Shown here piece by piece: positions 12,251-24,665 of a DNA stretch of 64,000 nucleotides. The stretch comes from Rhina ancylostomus (taxonomy: Eukaryota): positions 30,599,684 to 30,663,683 of the forward strand of contig JARFYF010000017.1 in NCBI GenBank assembly GCA_030265395.1, given 5' to 3'. A program made the translations under genes and the position numbers. Under the pieces are notes generated by a model. The model did not search any database and was not told the DNA's origin. It was given only the letters and a program-made list of their open reading frames with translations. Every line of letters begins with the position of its first letter. The stretch's first letter is position 1.

Positions 12251-13959
12251 TTTATTTTTCCAAATGAAGTTCTTTAGTCCATACTAAAGAAATTTAACAA
12301 TAATGACTGTGCTATAATTGAAAAGTATTTAATGTCTATAAAGTCAAATGCTCGAACAAATGATCCACATTATTCAGATATTATGAAATCCATACTAGAG
12401 AAAGCATTAAAAAGCATTGACACATACCATGACAGTACTCGATGCATTTTTGTTTCCATATATATGCAGAGGATTTCTCTGTTAAGGACTAGTGGGCAAT
12501 CTCAGATCATTAAAAAATCTATTTTGGTTTGTAAATTGCCTAATGGATTACCATTTTGTTCCCAAATTATGCAAGTTAGCTTGCTTGCAATTCTGAACTC
12601 CAGATTTGCATCAGAGTCCAGAGTCTTCCCTTCAATTATGCAATCAATGAAAAGCAGTAAATATATGATGGTGTAACTGTATTGTTAGCCATCAACCCTT
12701 TAGTTGTCATCAAACCCATTGTCTTTTCTTCCGCTTTGTTCGTTTCATATCTTTTCATCACAATACTTTGGTTCTTTGCTAACTTTATTACCTTTGCTTC
12801 ATTATTAGTATGCTTTTGTTAGCGAAAGCTGCACTAATCAAAATCACAAAAGAGGCCAATTAAATATAGGTGATGGAGTCCTCTGAACTACTTGGCTGTA
12901 TACTGCTTGTAGCTGCTTCAGTTGTGGGTAATATTTTAGTAATTATTCAGTGTTGAGCTCAGCTGTACATTTTTTTTGGAAATCAATCCGAGGAAAATTC
13001 ATCAATTATGATATAAGATTATCAGATTTGCCAAGATGACTTGTTTCTGAACATGTATTTATGTATTTTCCAGTTTGATTATTTTCTATTGAAACTAAGG
13101 CCTTGGAAAGATAACGTCACTTAAAGATATTACCAAAATAAAATATTGCTTCTAATCCTCTGATGACGAATGTAATAGATTTTGGTCCCAGTACACATTT
13201 TTTTTAAACAGGCTTTTTTTCCAGAAAGGATATTAAAGGAACTCACTTTATCAAGTACAGATAAATTTTTAAAAATTAAAATGTTATGATGGAATAAAGT
13301 AGACATATTGTGAAGTTTATAATTGGATCAAAGTATAGACAGCTACTGAGAAACGCACAACTATTGTCAATTTTTGAAGTTTTCTCTTCAAATTTTTACT
13401 GTGGCTGTTACTGAAAGCAGCAAATTCAACATCCTTAATGAGTACTTTGCTGATCTATCTGCCTCAATACCACAAAATATAATGCATTTACCAACAAAGC
13501 TGGGAAACTGGGTGGATAGCTGTTCCTCCTTTGATCTAAGGGTTTTGAAAACCCTTTAAATCTAACACTAAAACATATTAGCAATCAATGCAGCATAACA
13601 GGTCTGAATTTGTTACCTTAGTATGCAATTTCACTGAGGCAACAGGTCACNNNNNNNNNNCCATATTTGACAGGGCTGCACCATATAGTCCTTCAATGGC
13701 AAGATGGAATATGCTCAGAAGAACTACTTCCTATTCCAGAATATATCAATCTTCAGCCACCCTGACTTTCAGTATATTTTTGCAATCACTGGTGGTTAAT
13801 CATGGACCCATGAGAAGAAAAATTATTCAGTCATCAGATCAAAGATAGAAAGAAATATTCACTGGGCCAAGTTCCAGCTGTATTATGTTGTGACTTAGTA
13901 AATGGGGCCAATTCTGTTGCCCATTGAGGTAGTATCTACCCAAATGATGAGGGGCATTT

Positions 13960-14185
13960 GCTGTTAAGTGTTGGCCAGAACACTGGACATACTCCGCTGT
14001 TGTTCAAGTCTATGGGATCCTTTTCATCTCAGTGAGGTAACATTTTAACCTTTGATTAACATTTCATTCAAAAGTGAGCTCCTCCAACAATGCAGCACCA
14101 TCAGCCTTGATTATATGTTCAGGTCCGTGAGTGCAGCTTAGAATCACAACATTCTCATTTTAAAACAAGAGAGCTAAACACTGGC
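13960..14185 (-). mobile_element. Deu-domain SINE fragment
   Basis: gttggccagaacactgg..atgggatccttttcatc..ctccaacaatgcagcac..tcagccttgattatatgttca, homologous to 4350-4530. Confidence 0.68.
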
Positions 14186-15674
14186 GTTAAATTAGTAGAG
14201 CCTTTTGAGAGAACACGGTAGAAGAAGTAACAAATCTGGATACTGCCTACAAGGGATAACACTTCCAAATAGGGCTGGTGGATTTTCACCGAACAAATTA
14301 AATTGTGATAAATAGGCTGTTGAAGAGGCAACTCACACTGAGGAACATTTTCATTGAGATTTTCCCTCCCTAATAGAAGTGCGGTCCTCAACAGATCTGG
14401 AGGTTAAGTTAATGGAACTGTCAAGTCAACACTCCTGACCTCACTAATACCAAAGATTTTAATTCTCAGTGATTTTCAACCTCCAGAGAAACTTAAAAAT
14501 AAGAAGTACTGCAGGTATTTAATGTAATTGATAAAGGATGTGATGTCCAGAGGAGAAAATCCCAACCATTCCTCTTGGGACTAGTCAAGTAGGATTGCAT
14601 TTCCTCTCATTCCTTTTGATATTCAAACATCACCAAGACCTCAGGAACTTTATGTGTACATGTTTGTCTCTGTGTGTTGTGTGGGGATGAGGGGATGAAG
14701 GAAGCAGGATTGCTTGATTCTAGGCAAAAACAAACCTATGATCACATCCTAAGATTCTCTTTAAAGTCCTCCTGCACTGCACCCACAGAGACTGGTGATG
14801 TCTAAGGTCCAGGTTCCAGTCCAGCAAAATGCTTTTTTTTAAACATTTGGTGGCTCCTACCTGGCTGGAATTTTAACACTGTCCAGCAGAGAACTCTCCA
14901 AATGATTTGCTAATGCATGCCCAGAGCTCTTTCGCAACTGTTAGAAATGTTAATACTTCATAGCATTAGGAGGAGAATCCCAGCTCTTTCAATGTTTGAA
15001 AGGTCAGGCAAGTTTTAAAAAAATGCTCAGAAATCCAAGGCAAACTGTGATCCAAGCCTGACATCTTATGTGATGTACATTTAGTTCAGTGTCAAACTGA
15101 AGTGTTTAGACTCCTGTCTCCAGAGAGTTTCACTTTACTTCATCATGACATCAGTCAAATTGCGCCTTGACTCCAGACTTGCACAGCACGTCAGCACTGA
15201 GTGGAATTACTCCTTTTGAACACTAATCTAACCTTGGAATTTTCACTTGGTCTTGGGCCACTATATTGGTTGATTAGGTAAGGGAAAAAAACCGTGACAA
15301 TTCTCATATCCATTTGTAAAGGCTAAAATAGAATACCTTGACTGTACCAAAGGCTGTGCCTTGGAGGAAAAGGTATCTTTCTTTGAATAAAGAAAAGGGT
15401 TCACAGTGGAGACATTACTGATGTAACAATTCCCAAATGGAATACCTGCGAATTTTGAGTGTACAAGGCTTCACAGACTAGGTCTGTTAAAATTACAGGG
15501 GTGTAACTTTCTTAATGGAAACAATGGTTTTGATACCCAAAATGACTAATTTTGCTCGATTAATGAAACAAAAACTCTTGCCCCAAGAAGTTGGTTTTAA
15601 CAAAATTCCACTGAAGGAATCAAGGGGAAGCAGTTAATTAATTGTTATGAGAAAAGTGTAACATAGATAGGTAA

Positions 15675-15808
15675 CACAGACATTTAGACAAGTATATGGA
15701 TAAGAAATGGGCCAAATGCAGGGAAATGGGACTAGCTCAGGTAGGCAACTTGGTTGGCAAAGTTGGGTCAAAGCATCTGCTTTCATGCTATACAAGTCTA
15801 TGACTTTG
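15675..15808 (+). mobile_element. CR1 3'-end fragment
   Basis: gacatttagacaagtatatggat..gggccaaatgcagg..catgctatacaagtctatgact, homologous to 495-640. Confidence 0.8.
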
Positions 15809-15810
15809 TA

Positions 15811-16497
15811 GGGCACAGCACGGGACAGGACCATACCCTTCAGCCCACCATGTCTGTGCTGACCACAATGCCAAATTAAGCTCATCCCATCAGCCCAACC
15901 TATTGTCCATATGCCTCTATTCCCTGGTTCATTTTTCTGTCTAAATGCCTTTTAAACATTGCTATCGTATCTGCTCTACCACCTGCCCAGGCACCTACCA
16001 CTCTGTTTAAAACAAAACTTACCTTGCAAATCTCCCTTAAGCTTTACCCCCTCATCTTAAACCTATGTCCTCTACCCTTCCTATCTATTTCTCTCGTAAT
16101 TTTATACATCTCTCAGCCTCCGACACTGGAGAAAACATTCCAAGTTTGTCCAACCTCTCCTTATTGCTAATACATTCTAATCAAGGCAACAATCTGGTGA
16201 ATCCTCTCCAAAGCCTCCATATCCTTCCAGAACTGCACAATGTGGCCAGATCAAAGTTTTATACAATTGTCACGTGATCTCCTGACTTTTATACTCAGTA
16301 CCCTGACCAATGAGGGCAAGCATGCTGTTTGTCTTCCTTCCCAACTTATCTACTTATGTTGCCATTTTTAGAGAGCAATGGACTTGCACCCCAAGGTCCC
16401 TTTGTACATAAAGGCTCCTGCTATTTACTGTATACTTTCCTCCTGCATTTGACCTCCCAAAATGCAACACCTCACACTTGTCCAAATTAAGTTCCAA
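15811..16497 (-). mobile_element. CR1 LINE fragment, tail-to-tail with the previous copy
   Basis: Reverse tail cacagcacgggacagg..ttcagcccaccatgtctgtgctgacc; body homologous to 55543-56208. Confidence 0.85.
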
Positions 16498-17184
16498 TTA
16501 AGTAATTACATTAAAAACTTCCTCTCTCTTATAATTTTGTAGGGCTTGTGTCCTGAATAAGAGTAATATTTGGAGTCTTCCAAATACTGGAGATAAATAG
16601 CCATCATGCTGCTCCTTGGCCTATAGATAGGACATTGCAGGTGCAAAATGAAGGTTGCCCCTCTGATAAATGGATAAAAAGATGTTGCATACAATATTTC
16701 AGAACTAATCAAAAATGTGTAAATTCAGACTACTGTGAAAGATCCCTAAATGAACAGCATACAGTTATTAGTCCCAGTAAGTAAACTGCCAACTTACTGT
16801 GAAATCCAACATATAGATCACAATGTATGTATGAGTGGCTTTGCCAAAGCTGAGGGAGGGGAGCAAAGAGAAAAAGGAAGAATACAAATCATACCACAAA
16901 TGTCAGAATGCTTTCAATGCAATAGATATACTGAATTATCACTGAATCACACAACACCCCTTATAAATTACCTTTGGGAGATGAACCATAAAAATAGTAA
17001 TAAAGACTGGATTATGTGGGAGTAGGTAAAGTTACCTCACTCAGCAACTCTATAAAGTGGACAGGGCAGAAAGGAAGAAAGGGAAACGTGTACATTTGAT
17101 TTTTACTTACATTATTATATTAGAAAAATACATTTTCCCAGCACCACTACTTAACCTCAGCACCGACTGACATCTAATGTACTA

Positions 17185-17460
17185 AATGTCAGTTCCATTT
17201 AATAGTAGCACTTTCATCTCAATAGGTCATGGGTTCAAGCCTCAGCATAAGGCTTGAACACTTTGACATGGTCTGGACTGGCATTTCAGTGCAATTCTAA
17301 ATAGGGGCAGAATTGTTGAAGGGGCCATGGTCCCTTTCAATTCTTCATGGTCACATGGAACGATCCAAATAAGGGCAAGAAAATCTGCTGTTCTCTGACA
17401 GCAACACGACCAAGATAAAACAAATTAATTATTTACTTTGATTATTTTTATGGATCCATG
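17185..17460 (+). mobile_element. Deu-domain SINE, degenerate
   Basis: B-box-like gggttcaagcc, then ggcttgaacac..ttcagtgcaattct..gaaggggccat. Confidence 0.5.
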
Positions 17461-17519
17461 CTATTCATAAAAAGGATCCTATTTTTACCTTAATTTTACT
17501 GATTAGTTTTATATAAAGT

Positions 17520-17800
17520 AATTCAGTGCTCTGAGGATCGCCTGAGAACATAGGGTGCTTATGTAAATCCAAGCTCCTTCTTCGCCTGCTCTTACTGAGA
17601 GTATTGTTGATTCTTGGCAGGACCTGTGATAAAACACAATATGGCAGTGAAGAATCAGGACAGACAAAAACCTGCCAAGGCCAAGCCAGAATGGACAAAT
17701 TGTCAAACAAGCAGAGCATATCACCAATATGTATCACTGAACAATCCTTTCACTTGTTGCAGGAAGCATTGTGGCAGTAGTCGAGATTGCAAACATACAA
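17520..17800 (+). mobile_element. Ancient RTE-clade LINE C-terminal remnant
   Basis: Frameshifted ESIVDSWQDL..IWQ followed by PFTCCRKHCGSSR..H resembles the RTE C-terminus (WExLAxDRxxWR..FxCxxCGRxCxSRIGLxSH). Confidence 0.45.
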
Positions 17801-17851
17801 ACACATCATGGGCAGTTGAACTTTAAGGAATATATCACACAAGTGAAAAGA

Positions 17852-18430
17852 GTCAAGGATGTTGGAAAACTGAAATAAAAACAGAAACTGCTGGAAATAC
17901 TTAGCAAGCAGACAACATCTGTGGAGAGAGAAACAGTGTTAACATTTCAGGTCAATGACCTTTCATCAAACCTGAGATTAAGTTAGAGGTAAATAGTTTT
18001 AAATTGCAGAGAAAGGGATAGCGGAGAAGGTGGGGATGTAAAGGAGAGAACAAACTGCCAAGCCCTTGATAGGATGGAAAGCGAAACAGATTGAACAACC
18101 AAAAAGGATGATGGTACAATGTAACAAAAATGCATAGCCATTATCAAAAATTACTGAAGGAATTTACAAAGGATATTGTAAATCTGGAATAAAACTATTG
18201 GAAAGCACACCATCTGAAACTGCTGAACTGAACATTAAGTACCTCATCTGAAAATGAGGTGTTGTTCTTCAAGCTTTTGTTGAAAGACTATAGGAGGCCA
18301 AGGACAGAAAGATGGGAGTTTAAGTGAGACAGAATTAAAGTGACAGGCAATGGGAATCTTGTGGTCATGCTAGCAGATTGAACAGAGGTGTTATGCAAAG
18401 CTGTCACCCAATCTGCATTTGATCTCCATT
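17852..18430 (-). mobile_element. Penelope-like element 3' fragment: GIY-YIG C-terminus and terminal repeat
   Basis: Minus translation GEIKCRLGDSFA*HLCSIC..PIACHFNS..KLEEQHLIFR matches PLE GETKRRLGDRFAEH..PVAxHFNS..KLEEQHLIFRLG. Confidence 0.85.
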
Positions 18431-18840
18431 GCTCTCTGTGGTACATGTCCACAGAAATCAAGAAACATCTACTTAGATCCCTACTATTACAACTTTAAAC
18501 CAAATGTTAAGACCACCTGGTGACTGCTTTATTTCTGATTTTGCCCTTCTGCAGAAAATTGCTCATGTCCCACACGATTTTACAGAAAATGCAAGGAATT
18601 CAGCAAGGCAAAACATTGCAAATGTGTGATACCACTCTATGGCATCAAGTGTTTATGCTCTAATGTACCTCTTCTTTTAAAAGTAAAGAAGTTTAATAGG
18701 CTAACAGTAAAATATTTTCCTCAGGATAACTATCACATACAATTAAAAAGGAAGCTATTGATTACAGAACACTTCTATTTTTATTTAAGCATTTGAGTTC
18801 AATTACAAACTCTAGTTTTGAAGATTCTGTTGTAATATAT

Positions 18841-18908
18841 GGATTGTAGAAGTATCCTAAGCTGTATTACAAGTCATGTCAATACAGCTTAGGATACTTC
18901 TGCAATCC
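18841..18908. repeat. Inverted repeat / hairpin with 28-bp arms and a 12-nt loop
   Basis: ggattgtagaagtatcctaagctgtatt-acaagtcatgtc-aatacagcttaggatacttctgcaatcc; 27/28 Watson-Crick pairs, the remaining one a U-G wobble on the plus strand. Confidence 0.95.
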
Positions 18909-21900
18909 TTAACTCTAAATACCTTTCAAGTTAATAAAGTAATTGTACAAGGCCTGTTTACAAACTGTGCAACAGAACCATCATGGAGGCTATGGAAATC
19001 CTCAAAAGATTTCTGTTGGAAATTTCTAACAATTAAGATAAATATTGACCATTATTTCAGTCCCTAATAATGTGGGATGCAAGCAAGAATTCCACTGCTA
19101 AAACTATTTTAAATGTCCGTGAGAAAAGTAATTTATTATCTGAAGTTTAGACTGTATTTCTTAGTAGCCCTGACATGTCAGAGGTTTGAAGTGCAAAGAA
19201 TTTCAAATCCATTAAGCCTAAGTAAAAGTACCACAAATAAACTGTTCATCACCTTTGTATTCCTTTATCTGAATGTCGCTACATGATAGTTTGAGGAAAT
19301 ACAAAATCATTTATCCTTCTTAAGTGAATTAAATGCTTTTTAAATGTACGCTATGAGTTAAATTTCTGTAACCATGTACTTGAATTATAGGTGGTAAAGC
19401 AATATATCTGTTAAGTTTGTATGTTAGGTTCTGCTTCCAAATAATTATGAGCAATTTTGTTGCATGTTATTCTCCATAATTAATAGCTCAGTATGAAGTT
19501 TGTTTAATATCATAATTTTAACCACAGGGTTGGAAGGTAGTCCTTTCCATTCAGTGCAACTTTAACACAATTCCACAACACATACAGTAGAAGGAAGAAG
19601 CAGCAGGACTTTAGGATATGAGACATTTTCTATAGTAATAAAAAGTATGTGCAAGATTTATATTGCTAGAGCAAAAATTAAGTTATATGTGAGCTCAGTC
19701 TCAACAGTAAAAGTAACAGAAACTTAATACACTGTCAGAAAATGTTTTCTGACAAAATCCTTGCAGATGTGCTGTAATGCCCATAGCTCATTCTGTTTTT
19801 AGTGCTGCACTCCAGCAGGCTCAGTTCTGATCCATTTTCTTTCTCTTAGGAAGACACTCTGCCGCAACCAGACATTTATCATTAGTCTCTGGTATAATTT
19901 TGCTCTGATTTTTCCACTTGCATTAAAAAAAGTAATTTTTGTTTTAATTACCCTCTTCAGTAGAATGTTGATGAAGTAACGGGGTCCCGCGCTTTGGGGG
20001 CCTTACCTCATTCCTGTGCTTTAATGAGTATAATCCTTAAGGAGCTTTAAAACAACCAATGCTGGGCTCAGGCCTGCAGCTGCCAAATACATTATACACT
20101 CTGACAAAAGGCACGAGTTTGATAACCGTTACCAGAATCCATCTTTGTCAGATACATTAAAAAATGACTTAACTCTTTTACTTCGAAGAATTTCAGGAAT
20201 TTCCAACATTTTCATTGGAANNNNNNNNNNATGGAGGGGTTGATTTACAACAGTTTCATAGTGAAGGGTTAAAGAAATACTAAGAAAACCAAACAACAAC
20301 CAGGAAAAAACCTCTGATCCCCAAGACAGGGTATATAGTACCATCTGCACATTTTTTATTTGAGTAATTATCAGATAATTAAGTGCATGATTTGTGAGAG
20401 AGCCAAAGCATACCATTAAAATATTTAATGCTTGTAGTTCTGAGACTGAAAACTACATTAGCTCACGTGCAATCAACATTCTATCCAAAAAAGGCATTCC
20501 ATATTGAAAAATCAAGAGTTTTAAAACAGTGATGTCAAGGAAGTGCAAAACAACTGAATTAATAGAAACATACAGTGCAAGATCTTCATAGGGCAACTGG
20601 AAAGGTTGCAGTCAACTCAGTAATTGAAGTAACTTTTCAATCTACATTTTAATTTCATTTAGATATTTAAAAGTTAAATTGTCTTTTCAAAAAACATAAT
20701 TACATCAAAGGAAAAGAGTGGTTAGAAAGTGCTTTGCATTTGTCCTCTTAAAAAAATACTAGCATGTGCTTATTTGGCCAACCAGGAATGACAATGCCTT
20801 ATACTGCATCTTTAAAAGGTAACAATAAAAATGTAACCTTACTGCTCCAGCTTCTACAATATGCTCTGCTTCTCTGTAGCCAATACTTTTGCTTGAAAGT
20901 TTTAAACTTCTTTTCCAGTGCATTGCAGAGCTAATCAATTACTCAAGTACTAACAGAGGCCTAAATCCCACCCAATGCGCAATGGAAATGATGTGAGGCT
21001 TGTAATCGGACCTCTAACATCTCCTGCTCTGCCAAAACAAGGCCTACAAACACATGTAGACAATCACGTATCAAGAGAACAAAGAGCTAAGAAATCTGTA
21101 CTTTAAGCTGTATAATTTTACAAAATGTACTTGCAGAAATCCCACTGTTCAGAGAAATCTTACGATATATGAAACTCAGTGGTTCTCTTTGTAAAGCATT
21201 TATAAACAATTAAAACTCATTCGTGCATATTTAATTTAATCTGCTCTGGAACTGCAGGAGATTTAGACTGCAACCAATTTTAATAGAAGATTATGAATAA
21301 ACAAGCATCAAAATTTACGGAAGAGACGAAATAATACTTAAATACATCAACTGTTAAAAATTAGGGTGAAATTGGATAAATAGGGTGTGGTTATTTTTCT
21401 CAACCTGTACCTTTCTATTTTCTGAGTCATATATAACATTCCACATGTGGAATATGCCTTTCACTGTAACTTCTTTGTCAGTGTCTAATATTCCAGTAGG
21501 TGATGCTGCGTTTAGCTAGTTTCAATGTTATGTGTGTTACATTGTACAATGGCTGCTGTTTCATAATACATTTATTACCCTGTGATTCCACAAATGAGGC
21601 ACTGTGCTCTCTTAAAGAAATTTATGGCGACTTCTTCTCATTCAACTTTTCCCACCTCACCTCAATACCTCGTATGTCTATTGCCTCCAAATAAATGGTT
21701 TAATCAAGATAATATGATTAAATTTTTAAGTAGTTTATCTTTTCTGCCTTTTAATGGCTTCTGTAAATATTTCTTGTTTCAAAAATGGGTTGTGACTTGA
21801 TATAAGATTATCTAGTTCAGGTGCGCTGGTCTTAACCAATTCAGCTGCTATGCTCCCAGTTTTCTGACTCCAGATTCAGGTAAATATGTTGAAAGACTAA

Positions 21901-22029
21901 TCTTCTTTGGAGCAATACTTTAAGGAAATTCTGATAGGTTGTATGTAGGGCAGCTTTCCCTTAAGGCAATGTTTGCTGGGTGCCTCAGGCTAAACCAGAC
22001 TTGAAGAAGGAGTTATAGTTCTGCAGTGC

Positions 22030-22226
22030 AATTTTTTGGTATTTACCGGTGTGGAAGAAAATGAATTTCTGGCCAAAAATGATGAATCTCTATTTCACAC
22101 CCTCAGAGTTGAAGGCTAAGGAAGTTGGTTTGCACCTGAAAATAGGTACAGCATGATAATCAAGATCAGCACAACATCGTGGGCTGAATGGCGTATCCAT
22201 TGCTGTACTGTTCCATGTTGTTCTAA
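22030..22226 (+). mobile_element. CR1 3'-end fragment
   Basis: Tail cagcacaacatcgtgggctgaatggc..tgctgtactgttccatgttgttcta. Confidence 0.7.
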
Positions 22227-24613
22227 CCTTTGTATATATTTATTCTGCAGTAAGGACTCTGCCACATCTTCCACTAGATCAACTTTTAACTTGTATAAAA
22301 ACTGACTCGAAGTATTTTTTATGCATTTTTAACTGGAAAGTACTAATTTAAATGTTCTATGAATGCATTTGTGTAATCAGATCAAATCCTATTTAGAAGG
22401 TGGTGCGAAGGACTTAGATTTACTTTTTGTACATTTTATTTTATTTCAGTGCTATCATCACTGTCCTTCTCATTAGGGCAATTTTGACTTTGCACACATT
22501 CCTCATGGGGTTTGGCTTCTTGGTGAGTAGATGCTTCAGATTCAACAACATTAGTTGCCATTTATCAGTGGATCCCACTTCGTTTAGAATAGCGTACAGA
22601 ACCATCTCACCATTTCCTTATTTTTCTATTAATTCACTTTACTAGATCAGGAAACATAATAAAATTCACTTTCTTATTTTAGTCTCTGTCTACGTATATT
22701 TAACACCATTTCAATGCCCCAAAAAATATAAGTGTTATACCAAGCAAAAAGAATCATGTCAATGCAACAAAAATATTGTAGTCCTCATTTCTTTTTGCAC
22801 TTTTTAGTAAGAATAAAAAGGGCATTAACTAACAATTTCCTACTTGACAATGACCAAAAGCATTATTCTGCATTTCACTGGGGAAATATTGCTGGTTGGA
22901 GCCAATAGTTCCAATTGGATTAACCAATTTTCAGCTGTTGAACCTTCAGAAAATCTTGGACTTCCATGCATGTGTTGCTGATTGCAGAAATCCAGGGGTT
23001 ATTGAGTGGCAGGTGGTGTCACATCTGTCACTAAGCTCCAGCAGCAGGGCCTACTTTTACTAGGGAAATGCCTCTCCAGTCCTACACTGGGTAGTGCCTA
23101 TGATCAGAGACCCCTTTGCTTCATTGGGGATTCCAGGTCTGCTGATAGGGAAGCAATGAAGAAGGCAATTTATTTTTATTTTACGTTAGTTAAATGTCTT
23201 AGCATACCATGTTTTTAATTATTTCAAAGTATTTGTATATTTTAATTAACTTTTATAATAATAAATTTTATTTACTTCAATTTTATTAACTTTTAAATGT
23301 CTCTCAACGTTGGAGGCTATGTAAATGGTTCACAATCTTTGCCTTTCATGAGTGGGTTCCAAGGGTAGTCTCTCTGCACCCAGCCACCTGAGATCATCCC
23401 TCTGATCCAGGCCAGGTAAGTGTGGCGGGCAGGTTCCACAGGTGATAATTCTTGGTTCAGTAGGATTCCAACCAACAAATGTTTTACTTCTCCTTGGATC
23501 CCCAGAATCATTGGGAGAATGACCTCAAAGAATTCAAAAGGCACTGTGAATATCAACCATTATCAGTCTTTTGCTGGAAAGGTCTCCTTGCAAGACCTGA
23601 CTAAAACTGGGGAAATTTTAAGTAAATACTTGGTTATATTAATTTATTAAACTTTGATGTATAGCAGCAAACAAACAGTATTCTAGAAAGAGACAGACAG
23701 ACAGATAGAAGGAAAACACGGATCATGTATGGAGTTTTGTAGAATCATCATATGGTATGAAAAGTATCATCTCTTAAGAGAATGCACCCCTAGTGATTTC
23801 CCCACTGGATCACCTACCTATGCATACTGAGGTGATAAATAAAGAATTTTAGGAATAACAGCTGCTGTTATTATTAAACAGATAGTTCTGGCAGAGACCC
23901 ACCACTGTATGTAGTGTCAGCTGATGTAATCATAACTGGTCTAAGGACCAATGCATCATTTTTCCACAAACCAACACTGGTAGCAGCAAAAGAAAGCAAG
24001 CTTCCAGTCTCTAACCAATTCATCTCTTTAATGGCTTTTGCTTGCTTGCCACTTTCTTTCTCTTTTTAACCATCACTGCCTATAGACTTCCAACCTTTTT
24101 CTTGGTTTCCCTGAACAGTCATCTGACAAAAAGAACTGTCAAAAAGCAGCATCTTGTAAATTCTTTGCACAAACTCCTGCCCCAGGGTTTGCAGATCATG
24201 AATTCACTTAAGTTTTGTGTTGAGCTTCAATCACATATATGAAAATGTAAATGATAAGGTAAGAAAGAAAATCATGATGAATTCAATAGAAACTCAACTG
24301 TCACACTGCCATAATGGCATATTTAATAATATCACAGTAAACTAACACTGTTCTATTTGATAAAACAGTTTCCCTCCTTTCATTCACTAACCATTGCTTT
24401 ACAATTCTGTTATGTCTTTGTTAATAATTGCACAGTGTCAATCATAGGACAGTCCTCATGTAAAAATAATTTATAACGTATGTTCCACAGACAACTGATG
24501 TACCATAAAATTCATTATATTATTGACAGATAATTAGACTTTATTTCATTTGAGAACATGTTGAATAGAGAACAGCTGAAGTAATTTCTTTCTATGCACT
24601 TTGCATTGATAAC

Positions 24614-24665
24614 ATGTATTCAAAATATTCCTGACTCCAATGTATTCAAAATATTCCTGACTCCA
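24614..24665. repeat. Perfect 26-bp tandem duplication
   Basis: atgtattcaaaatattcctgactcca twice (24614-24639, 24640-24665). Confidence 0.95.

Noticed and set aside
12332-12676. 114-aa plus ORF
   Set aside because: Composition typical of chance AT-rich ORFs; no homology recognised.
14270-14990. Possible Harbinger-type MITEs with GGxxGGATTTT-like ends (similar impressions near 22880-23450 and 36300-36720)
   Set aside because: Termini too short and degenerate to support by eye.
20833-21044. Minus-strand AG..GT exon-like segment
   Set aside because: All three frames contain stops; at most non-coding.
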